Below are positions 19,612-27,850 of a stretch of DNA of 64,000 nt, one piece after another. Numbering within the stretch: the stretch's first letter is position 1; each line of letters starts with the position of its first letter. The stretch is from the NCBI GenBank assembly GCA_963803435.1, contig CAWDML010000003.1:512001-576000 (forward strand). The letters are read 5' to 3'. Both the position numbers and the translations under genes were made by a program. The notes below the pieces were generated by a model, which worked only from the letters and a program-made list of their open reading frames with translations, searched no databases and was not told where the DNA came from. This stretch comes from an uncultured delta proteobacterium. Lineage in GTDB: Bacteria > Myxococcota > Kuafuiibacteriia > Kuafuiibacteriales > Kuafuiibacteriaceae.

Positions 19612-20184
19612 TCAGCCGCCCGTGGCGCCGGTGCCTTCACCGCCGCCTGCGCCCTCCTTACCGGAGCTGAGGACCGCGTAGTTGAAGTTGATGTAACCGG
19701 CGTCCGCTGCCGCGAACATGACCTTACGGACCAGCTTGAAGTCGATGTTCTGGTCGGCGTTGATGATGACCTGGCCCTTGAACGGCTGGCCCGGGTGCAT
19801 CATCTCGTCGATCTTTCTCATCTCCTGCATTTTGTCCGTCAGCTCGGGGATCCGGAGGTCCGGATCCTTCAGGATGTCCTCCGAATCACCGACCTTCACC
19901 CCCTCGATCGCCACCGTGTTGGCGGAGATCTGGATGATGGGCGCGCGCTCGAGCTCGTCGGTCACGCTCGCCTTCGGCAGCTGGATGTCCCGTGAGATGT
20001 TCACGAGCTCGCCCGTCGCCGAAAAGTTCATGATCAGGAAGACGACCAAGATGACGAACATGTCGATCAGCGGGGTCAGCAAGAGGTCGGAGACCGACTT
20101 GAGCTTCTTCCCGCCGTGCGACAGTTGCTTGCTGTCCTTCAGCCATGGAGCAAAAGGACGCTTACCTGGTTTTTGAATCGGCAT
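19612..20184 (-). CDS. aglS: ExbD/TolR-family gliding motor subunit, AglS-like
   Basis: DLLLTPLIDMFVILVVFLIMNFSATG TM segment with conserved Asp; third gene of a TolQ-TolR-TolR triplet. Confidence 0.8.
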   Translation of the reverse strand: MPIQKPGKRPFAPWLKDSKQLSHGGKKLKSVSDLLLTPLIDMFVILVVFLIMNFSATGELVNISRDIQLPKASVTDELERAPIIQISANTVAIEGVKVGDSEDILKDPDLRIPELTDKMQEMRKIDEMMHPGQPFKGQVIINADQNIDFKLVRKVMFAAADAGYINFNYAVLSSGKEGAGGGEGTGATGG

Positions 20185-20198
20185 GCTTCCTCCGCTCC

Positions 20199-20678
20199 TC
20201 AGCCGTCCACACCGGCCACGCTGATGCCGTCCAGTTTGTGCTGGAGGCAGATGTCCATCACCGTGATCAGCTCCTGATAGGGAACCTTGTCTTCACTGGT
20301 GACGGTCACGTCGTGGTTCTCCGGATGCTCCGCAGCCTGGCCCTTGAGCACTTCGAACAAGGCCTTGGAGTCGTATGCTTCACCCTTCCGTTCGATCTCC
20401 TTCACGACCGCACCCTTCACCGACACGGTGTAGCCGGATGCTTTGATGAGCACGGTCAGGTTGATCTTCTCCTCTTCCGGGGGCGGGGTCGGCTCGTCGG
20501 AGGGCAGATTGGGCGTCTGCTTCACGTCGATGCGCGCGACCTGGGTCCACACCGCGGTCATCAAGAGGAACGAGATCAACACCGACAGGAGGTCGATCAT
20601 CGGGATGAGATTCAGCTGAAAGTCGACATTCTTTTTGCCACCGGAACTCGCTTCCGGCATTGCGCCGCCGCCAGCCAT
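20199..20678 (-). CDS. aglQ: ExbD/TolR-family gliding motor subunit, AglQ-like
   Basis: MAGG...GGKK...LNLIPMIDLLSVLISFLLMTAVWTQ, which resembles myxobacterial AglQ. Confidence 0.82.
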   Translation of the reverse strand: MAGGGAMPEASSGGKKNVDFQLNLIPMIDLLSVLISFLLMTAVWTQVARIDVKQTPNLPSDEPTPPPEEEKINLTVLIKASGYTVSVKGAVVKEIERKGEAYDSKALFEVLKGQAAEHPENHDVTVTSEDKVPYQELITVMDICLQHKLDGISVAGVDG

Positions 20679-20708
20679 GTCTCACTCCTTTCCTCCCGTC
20701 GAACGGGA

Positions 20709-21374
20709 TCAATCATCACGGGCCGCGCCGAGCGTCGACAGGTCGAGCTTGTCGCGGTTGGTCACGACGAGGTTCACCACCGAGACCGAGGCCTCATTGA
20801 TGTCGTCGAGCAGGTGCTGCGTCTTGCCCTGAAGGATCGAGAAGAACAGGAGGCCCGGGATCGCGGTCAGCAGGCCGAAGGCGGTGCAGTTCATGGCCTC
20901 GGAGATACCGAGGGCCAGCTGCGAGGCCTTCTCCGACGGGTCGGCGGTGGCCACCGCGCCGAAGCACTTGATCAGCCCGGAGATGGTCCCGAGCAGACCG
21001 GCGAGCATCGCGACGTTCGCGAGCATGGCCAGGTACATGGTGCGCTTCTCCAGGCGCGGCACCTCGCGGAGCGAGGCCTCGTCCATGGCCGCCTGCACCT
21101 CGGAGTCGCTCTTGTTCACCTTCACGAGGCCGCTCTTGATGATGTTCGAGAGCGGGGTCGGGGTCTGGCTGCAGAGCGCCAGCGCCTTGCCGACGTTCCC
21201 GGCGAGGATGTACTTGCGCATCGCCTGAATGAAGGCGTCCTTCGAGATGGAGGCCTTGAAGAAGAGGAACTGGATCCGCTCGATGGCGATCGCGAAGATG
21301 AAGATCGAGCAGCAGGCGATGGGGTACATGCCCCAGCCACCATCCTGAAAACGGTGAGCAATTTCTTCGAACAT
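20709..21374 (-). CDS. aglR: MotA/TolQ/ExbB proton-channel subunit, AglR-like
   Basis: FEEIA...WGMYPI, LAMLANVAMLAGLLGTISGLI and GISEAMNCTAFGL. AAGGAG lies upstream of the ATG at 21374. Confidence 0.88.
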   Translation of the reverse strand: MFEEIAHRFQDGGWGMYPIACCSIFIFAIAIERIQFLFFKASISKDAFIQAMRKYILAGNVGKALALCSQTPTPLSNIIKSGLVKVNKSDSEVQAAMDEASLREVPRLEKRTMYLAMLANVAMLAGLLGTISGLIKCFGAVATADPSEKASQLALGISEAMNCTAFGLLTAIPGLLFFSILQGKTQHLLDDINEASVSVVNLVVTNRDKLDLSTLGAARDD

Positions 21375-21419
21375 GACTCTCTCAAGCTCCTTTTTGCGTC
21401 TTACCAATGACGATGGGTC

Positions 21420-21454
21420 AAAGGCCCGCCTGGTCGCTTCGACAACGGCGGGCC
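21420..21454 (-). terminator. GC-rich hairpin with a short U tail between the 159-aa ORF and aglR
   Basis: Arms GGCCCGCC (21423-21430) and GGCGGGCC (21447-21454) with inner pairing, followed by UUU on the minus strand. Confidence 0.45.
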
Positions 21455-21471
21455 GAAACGGTTCCGCGTGA

Positions 21472-21951
21472 TTACGCGAAGGCGTGTGCGGGAGATCCGG
21501 ACAGGTGTCTTCCGGAGAGGAACAACAGGAAGGTTTGTCTCGCACGTCTCGTGCGGTCGATCCGGAGCCCATGGCCGAGCCCCGGTCCTGTGTCTCGGAC
21601 AAGGTCGCGGCTGTGTTTCAGCCGGTGGGCGGTGATCGCGTCCCACTCGAACGCGGGCGCCTCGACGAGCGCGAGCACGCGCTGATCGTCCTCGCGACGG
21701 ACGAACTGAGCGAGGATCTGGTGGTACGGGATCGGATCCGGCTTCTTGTGTGCGTTCCGGGCGACCTCGGTGGTCTCCTGCTTTAGCTCGTCGACGCTCG
21801 GGAGGCCCTTCGCCGAGACGAGCAGCGCGCTGGCGATCAGCGCGGTCGCCGCGAGGCGGGATCGTCCCAGGCCCGATCTTCGCCCAGGGCCGCTCGCGCC
21901 GCGCCCGATGAGCGGCGACACGAGCGGCTCGACTAGACAGGAGAGAACCAT
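21472..21951 (-). CDS. Hypothetical protein with one hydrophobic segment
   Basis: The only ORF filling the gap on the operon strand; hydrophobic LAATALIASALLVSA; no recognisable motif. Confidence 0.45.
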   Translation of the reverse strand: MVLSCLVEPLVSPLIGRGASGPGRRSGLGRSRLAATALIASALLVSAKGLPSVDELKQETTEVARNAHKKPDPIPYHQILAQFVRREDDQRVLALVEAPAFEWDAITAHRLKHSRDLVRDTGPGLGHGLRIDRTRRARQTFLLFLSGRHLSGSPAHAFA

Positions 21952-22019
21952 GCGACAGCCCCTTTGTACCGGGCGTGATGACCATTACCACATCGGCCAT
22001 CGGGCGGAATCAAGGGAAA

Positions 22020-23945
22020 CTACGGGGGAGAGAAGACTTCGACGCCGTTGTTGGGGCCGCCCGGGGCCGACAGGAAGTAGCGGTAGGTCGAGACCAGCGG
22101 CGCCGTCCGGTCGGGCATGAGCACCTGGTCCGCGTAAAAGCCGAAGCTGCCGCGATACATGGCCTCGTCGCCGGCGAGCGTGAAGATCGTCCAGCCCGTT
22201 CCCTCGCGCCGCGCATACCGGAGATCGCCGTGCGTCGCGTCTTGATACGCCACCCGCGCGATCCCGGACGCGTCCACCACCAGCGCCGAGTCGGCGCCGA
22301 TCAGGACGCCGTCCGGACCGCCGCCCATGTTGAGCCCGGTCTCGATCTCCTCGGCCAGCAACGTCGCGAGGTTGGCGTCGAGGCTCCGGTACCAGACCGC
22401 CTGCCGATCGGCGTTCATGTACGTCACGTGGATCTCGCCCGCCGGCGTCACGAACAGCGACGGGAACAGGCCGGCGTCGTCGGTCGATCCGTTGGGCGCG
22501 CCGTTCCCGTCGATGACGCGGATCGTGATCGCGCCGGTCGTCGGGTCAGGCCCGCTGACCCGCGCCATCTTCAGGTTCCCCAGGACGCGGTCGTAGTACG
22601 CGATCAACAGGCCACCGTCGGGCGTGCGCGCGAGGGACGGCCACAGGCCGCGGGCCAGCGGGAGGTCGCGGTAGGGGGGCAGATCCTCGATGGCCTGGCA
22701 GGTGCGGTTCACGCAGCGGGTCCCCGATCCGCACGCGGGCGTGCAGTTGGTCGCGGGATCGGGCACGACGCAGCCCTGGGTCGAGGAGAGGCAGACCTCA
22801 TCGACGTTGCAGCGCTCCTCGCAGTCGTACGGGTTGAGGTTGAGGACCTCGACGTCCCGAAGGGCCCAGTCGGAGGGGCGCGCCGGCGTCGACGTCTGGG
22901 CGATCGCGAGGCGCAGCACGGACTGGCGGTTGCCCATCGGCGCCACCTCCCGGGCCGACAGATAGGCCACGATCGGCCGATCCTCTGCGTCCAAGACCAG
23001 GCTGGAGTACAGCCCGGTGTCGCCGACCCCGAGGCCGTCGATCACCTGGAACTGCCAGCCAACATTCCCGCGGTGCGTGTACTTGAGGGCGCCGCGATCG
23101 CGGTCCTCATAGACGATGTGCGGGCGCCCGTGGGAGTCGACGGCGAGGTCCGTGTAGATGCCGACGTCGGGACCCGGCGCGCTGTTGCCGCCGCGCGGGC
23201 CGTCGACATCACCGGTGATCGACCCGGTCGAGGTCGGTACGCCGTCGACGAACTCCCACGAGACGGTGCCGTCGGCCTGGACCAGGCCGAACATCAGATC
23301 GCCGTAGTCGAGGTTGTACGCGCTCATGACGCCGCCGCGCCCGTCGTGGGCGAGGGCGGAGTAGAGGCCGATGTCCCCGAACGGCAGCGGCGGCAGGCGC
23401 TCGCACCGGCAGACCTCGCCGAGGAACTCGCACTGGCCCCGATCCCACGCGCCCGAGGAGGTGACCGAGACGAACTGACCGGGCGGGCACGACAGACCCA
23501 TGCACTGTGCGGGGAGGTCGTGGCAGATGTCGGTGGGCACACAGCAGCCCTGGTTGCTGGGGCAGCCGCCGTTGCATGGCTCGCCGCAGGTGCAGCCGCC
23601 GGAGACGCAGGCCGGGACCAGCCCGCCGCTGCAGGTGACCGCCGTGCACTCGCTGTCCTGCTCGCAGCGCTGGAAGACGCACTCGAGGTAGCCGTCACCG
23701 TCCCGGTCTTCGCACAGCTGGTTGTCCATCGGACATGGGCGGGCGTCGTCGCACTGGTCCAGCGAATAGCAGACACCGACCGCGACGTTGCAGGCCTCGC
23801 GGTCTGCGCAGTCCTCGTCGCCGGTGCAGCGCGGCTTCACGCCCGTGTCTTGACCGACGTTGGTGAGGCCGCCGTCGCAGTCGCACCCGGCCGAGGCCAG
23901 CAGGCCCAAGAGGGCTCCCATACAGATCGCGCGGAACGATCGCAC
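22020..23945 (-). CDS. Cys-rich lipoprotein with repeated beta-propeller-like blades
   Basis: Lipobox SAG-C. The N-terminus is Cys-rich; the repeat G(L/I)YSxLxxDxxGxPxxxYxD...L(K/R)Y occurs about six times, with an internal Cys-rich insert. Confidence 0.75.
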   Translation of the reverse strand: MRSFRAICMGALLGLLASAGCDCDGGLTNVGQDTGVKPRCTGDEDCADREACNVAVGVCYSLDQCDDARPCPMDNQLCEDRDGDGYLECVFQRCEQDSECTAVTCSGGLVPACVSGGCTCGEPCNGGCPSNQGCCVPTDICHDLPAQCMGLSCPPGQFVSVTSSGAWDRGQCEFLGEVCRCERLPPLPFGDIGLYSALAHDGRGGVMSAYNLDYGDLMFGLVQADGTVSWEFVDGVPTSTGSITGDVDGPRGGNSAPGPDVGIYTDLAVDSHGRPHIVYEDRDRGALKYTHRGNVGWQFQVIDGLGVGDTGLYSSLVLDAEDRPIVAYLSAREVAPMGNRQSVLRLAIAQTSTPARPSDWALRDVEVLNLNPYDCEERCNVDEVCLSSTQGCVVPDPATNCTPACGSGTRCVNRTCQAIEDLPPYRDLPLARGLWPSLARTPDGGLLIAYYDRVLGNLKMARVSGPDPTTGAITIRVIDGNGAPNGSTDDAGLFPSLFVTPAGEIHVTYMNADRQAVWYRSLDANLATLLAEEIETGLNMGGGPDGVLIGADSALVVDASGIARVAYQDATHGDLRYARREGTGWTIFTLAGDEAMYRGSFGFYADQVLMPDRTAPLVSTYRYFLSAPGGPNNGVEVFSPP

Positions 23946-24027
23946 TCCCCCGCGGTACACGGAGCCCGCCTCCGGATCAATCGTCCGTCCGTCCATGACT
24001 TGACTGCAATTTGGGGCAGGGCGACCA

Positions 24028-25116
24028 ATGGACGACCAGATGGAGCCACGGATGTTCGACAAGTTCCTCGCGGCGGCCGTGAAGGCGGGAGCGTCCGACA
24101 TTCACATCAAAGCCCAGGCCCAGCCGACGCTCAGGGTCCACGGGGTGCTGAAGGAGGTGAAGCTCGACGCCATCACCGAATCGGGGATGGAGAGCCTCGT
24201 CAGCCACATCATGAACGCGAACAAGCTGGAGTTCGATCTCCGGCGCATGAAGGAGCACGACACCTCGTACTACGTCGACGGCGTCGGTCGCTTTCGCGTC
24301 AACATCCTCAAGCAGAAGGGGAACTGGGCGGCGGTCCTGCGGGTCATTCCGCGCAAGATCCCGACGGTCGACGAGCTCGGCCTTCCGCCGGTGCTGAAGA
24401 AGATCGCGCGCGAGGAGCGCGGGCTGGTGCTGGTCACGGGCGTCACCGGCTCCGGTAAGTCGACCACGCTCGCGGCCATGATCAACGAGATCAACGCCGA
24501 GTATCGCAAGCACATCGTGACCATCGAGGATCCGATCGAGTTCCTCCACGAGGACAAGCTCTCGCGGGTGACTCAGCGGGAGGTCGGCGCGGACACCGAG
24601 TCCTTCGCGATGGCGCTGCGGGCGGCCCTGCGCCAGGACCCGGACGTCATCCTGGTCGGTGAGATGCGCGATGCGATCACGATCGACACCGGCCTCAAGG
24701 CGACCGAGACCGGCCACCTGGTCTTCTCCACGGTGCACACCACCGACTGCGCCAAGACGATCGGTCGCATCATCGACGTCTTCCCCCACGACGCCCAGGA
24801 CAACGTCCGCATCAGGCTCGCCGAGAACCTCAAGGCGACGATCTCTCAGCGCCTGCTGCGACGCTCCGACGGACAGGGGCGCGTGGTGGCGATGGAGATC
24901 ATGGTCGCCACGCTCACCGTGCAGGAGCTGATCAAGGACAAGGGACGGACGGCCGAGATCAAGGACTACATCGAGAAGGGGCGCGAGATGTACGGCACGC
25001 AGTCGTTCGACCAGCACCTGATCGATCTGTACAACGCCAACATCATCTCGTTCGAGACCGCGAAGTCCGCCGCCACCAACCCGGCGGATCTGGAGCGCGC
25101 GCTCTACGTGAACTGA
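24028..25116 (+). CDS. pilT: PilT/PilU-family type IV pilus retraction ATPase
   Basis: ASDIH, GVTGSGKSTT, TIEDPIE, LRQDPDVILVGEMRD and ETGHLVFSTVHT. Confidence 0.9.
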   Translation: MDDQMEPRMFDKFLAAAVKAGASDIHIKAQAQPTLRVHGVLKEVKLDAITESGMESLVSHIMNANKLEFDLRRMKEHDTSYYVDGVGRFRVNILKQKGNWAAVLRVIPRKIPTVDELGLPPVLKKIAREERGLVLVTGVTGSGKSTTLAAMINEINAEYRKHIVTIEDPIEFLHEDKLSRVTQREVGADTESFAMALRAALRQDPDVILVGEMRDAITIDTGLKATETGHLVFSTVHTTDCAKTIGRIIDVFPHDAQDNVRIRLAENLKATISQRLLRRSDGQGRVVAMEIMVATLTVQELIKDKGRTAEIKDYIEKGREMYGTQSFDQHLIDLYNANIISFETAKSAATNPADLERALYVN

Positions 25117-25851
25117 TCAGATCGCGACGATTCGCCGATCCCCGGAGGCTTTTCCGGGGACGCGCAGCTGATACTCGCCCGGCACGAAGAAGATCGCGGT
25201 GCGCTCCCCGTCGGCGTCGCGGATGAAGACGGGCGCGTTGATGCGGCTCTCGATGTCAGGCGGCTCGAGCGGACGGCCGCGCTCGTCGGTGGCGCGCAGC
25301 CGGACGGGCAGGCCGAGCTCGACGCTCGGACGCTTCTCGGTGGGCGTCTGGTCGTCGATCGTGATCTTGGAGCTGCCCATGGCCCGGAGCGCGTGGACCG
25401 AGGTGCCCTTGCCGCCGCTGTACTCCACGAAGCCTTCGGCGCGGAGGGCGTCGAGGGCATCGCGCGTCTTCACGGCGCGGATCAGCGTGTCGAGCCCATG
25501 CTCGACGCCCGGCTGCAGGTCGCTCGCGAGCGTGGGGAGGACCACCTTCCGCGCGACGTTCAGATCCTCGAGCGTCAGCTCTCCGAGCATCTGCTCCGAG
25601 AAGCGGAGCAGCACCGCCACGCCGAGCTCGCGGAGCGGCGACGGGCTCTTCTCCAGCAGCGGCTCGAAGCTGGCCATGTCGAACGACAGCCAGTACTCCG
25701 CGTTCGCCAGCATCCGGGCGAAGTCGGAGAGCGCGGTCGCGTCCTCGCGCTTCTCCAGGGAGCTCGCGGACAGCTCGATGCCGCCGACGAGGTCCGGCAG
25801 CATCGGGTGCTGCGTCCGGACGGGGATCGGTTGGGTCGTCATGGTGCTCAT
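25117..25851 (-). CDS. Hypothetical protein
   Basis: ATGA overlap with the upstream gene and GC3-rich codons. Helical N-terminal half, beta-rich C-terminus (FFVPGEYQLRVP). Confidence 0.65.
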   Translation of the reverse strand: MSTMTTQPIPVRTQHPMLPDLVGGIELSASSLEKREDATALSDFARMLANAEYWLSFDMASFEPLLEKSPSPLRELGVAVLLRFSEQMLGELTLEDLNVARKVVLPTLASDLQPGVEHGLDTLIRAVKTRDALDALRAEGFVEYSGGKGTSVHALRAMGSSKITIDDQTPTEKRPSVELGLPVRLRATDERGRPLEPPDIESRINAPVFIRDADGERTAIFFVPGEYQLRVPGKASGDRRIVAI

Positions 25852-26429
25852 ATTCCGAGCAGGTTGACGTCGATGAGGAGCGTCACCGTGGTGGTGAGCT
25901 TGATGTTGATGGCCGGGTTGGCGCCCTGCGGCGTCAGCACCAGGTCGGCGCCGATCTTCATCGACTCGGCGACGGCGTACGGCTTGAGACCGGTACCCTT
26001 CATGTCGGCGGCGCTGGTGGCGAAGTCGCCCTCGATCACCAGGTCGGCTGTCTTGGCCTCCGGCACCTCCGTCAGGCGGCCGAGCGTCTTCCTGGGCTCG
26101 TCGGGCGCCTCCACCCAGATCTCGAGCGAGTCGATGTAGATAGAGAGGCGATCGAGGGAGGGGTTGTTGCTGCCGGTGTCCATCTCCAGCTGGATCGACT
26201 TCACGAAGATGCCGTCGACGTCGCTCGGCTTCACGCCCTGGTTCTGGAAGCTCTTCTCGTTCGAGAGCTCGAGGGCGTTGAAGTCGCCGCCGTAGATGGG
26301 GTTCAGCGGGGTCCCGGCCACCCGCGCCGCCGGGAGGGTGGCCTCGTCGGTGATGACCTGCTCGAAGTCGTCGATGCCACAGGACGCCAGGATCACGGCG
26401 AATGCGGCCAGCCCTGTGGTCCCGTGCAT
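25848..26429 (-). CDS. Hypothetical lipoprotein
   Basis: MHGTTGLAAFAVILAS-C lipobox, beta-rich body and GC3-rich codons. Confidence 0.7.
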   Translation of the reverse strand: MHGTTGLAAFAVILASCGIDDFEQVITDEATLPAARVAGTPLNPIYGGDFNALELSNEKSFQNQGVKPSDVDGIFVKSIQLEMDTGSNNPSLDRLSIYIDSLEIWVEAPDEPRKTLGRLTEVPEAKTADLVIEGDFATSAADMKGTGLKPYAVAESMKIGADLVLTPQGANPAINIKLTTTVTLLIDVNLLGI

Positions 26430-26489
26430 GCTCCGCCATCTTACCAGGAAAACAGGTTGGGCCCGTGCTAATTTGGGCGACTGACCGGG

Positions 26490-27775
26490 ATGATCTTCAC
26501 GTGTCCCGAGTGCAAGGCCGGCCACAGCGTGCCGGTTTCGATGATCCCCAACGGCGGGCTGGACATGGACTGCCGCCGGTGTGGAGAGGCCTTCACGATC
26601 GAGCCGCCGCCGCCCGACAGCGCTGAACCCCTCGACGACGACGCGGTGCAGGAGAAGACGAACGTCGGGCCCGCACCCGAGCCGACCCGTGTGGGCGTCG
26701 CCGATCCCCTCGACTTCGAGGACGAGCGGCCCTTGCTCGGCCCCGGGGGGATCGAGTACCGGACCGGCGACCTGCCGTCCGAGGTCGATCCCGACACCGA
26801 TCCGAAGAGCCGCGCGGAGCTCGACGACACGCTCCCCTTCGAGCAGGCGCACGAGATCGGACCGGCGCCCGTCGTCACCGAGCCCGGCGACATCGAGCCG
26901 TCCCCCGATCCGATCAGCGACGTGTCGTCGATCTCCGGCCTCGAGGTGCGACCGCTCAGGGACGGGCCGCCCAGCGTCTACGAACGCGTCGCCGCCGGGA
27001 TCTCGGTGCCGGAGGACCAGCGGAACTTTCGCCCGACCAGCGTCGCACGGCCGAGCCCGGTGCTCAGGCCGATCGCCGATCTATTGAATAGAGCACCGCT
27101 GGCGCTGAAGGTGGGGCTCATCGTGTTTCCGATGACGCTCGGTGTGATGCTCGTGATCAACGGGATGCGCGGAGAGACGGCCCCGAAGGAGACGCCGATC
27201 GAGATCCCGATCGCCGTCGACGGCCTGATCGAGGGCGACGCCGAGCCGCCCCCGAGGTTCCGCCGGCCCCCGCGCCTGCGGCGGGCGTCGACGAGGTCCT
27301 CGGCGGCCTCGATACGCCCGCGCCCGCCGGGTTCGCCTACATCCAGATGGAAAACGCGCGCCTGCGCGTGCGCGCCGACGACCGCGCCGGCGTCGCGGGC
27401 CGCGTCCCGATCGGCACCCTGGTCCGCGTCTACGAGCAGACCGGCGACTGGGCCCTGGTGGCCGCGCCGCCCGACGGCCCCGCCGGCTATCTCAGCGCGA
27501 AGCTCCTCGACGGCCGCAAGCCGCTGGCCCTGCTGGCGCAGGAGCAGGCGTTCGAGCGCTGCGGTGTCGAGGAGGACGGCACCGTCGACGACTGTCTCTT
27601 CTCCGCCAAGCAGCAGGAGCAGCCGTGCCTCGACCGCTGCGGCGCCGTGACCGCCGGCGACGAGTCCGAGCGTCTCCGCTGCGCCGGCGTCTGCAACATC
27701 GCGTTCGATCGCTGCGCGCGGAGCTGCCGGCAGCAAGAGGCGAGGCTCGGCAAGGGCAAGAGGCGCCGGCGCTGA
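26490..27775 (+). pseudogene. Zinc-ribbon (MJ0042-like) membrane protein with SH3-like and Cys-rich C-terminal domains, frameshifted near 27250
   Basis: CPEC...CRRC zinc ribbon, acidic linker and TM helix. After the C run at about 27249-27253 the sensible frame shifts to PEVPPAP...FAYIQMENARLRVR (ORF 27347..27775). Confidence 0.7.
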
Positions 27776-27790
27776 GCGCGGATCCTACGG

Positions 27791-27842
27791 CGGTCACGGT
27801 CACGGTCTCCGTGGTTCCGCGACCGTGGCGGTGACCGTGGCG
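27791..27842. repeat. Inverted repeat built from CGGTCA/TGACCG hexamers between convergent genes
   Basis: CGGTCACGGTCACGGTC (27791-27807) pairs with GACCGTGGCGGTGACCG (27821-27837) with two mismatches and a 13-nt loop. Confidence 0.6.
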
Positions 27843-27850
27843 GCGTCGGG

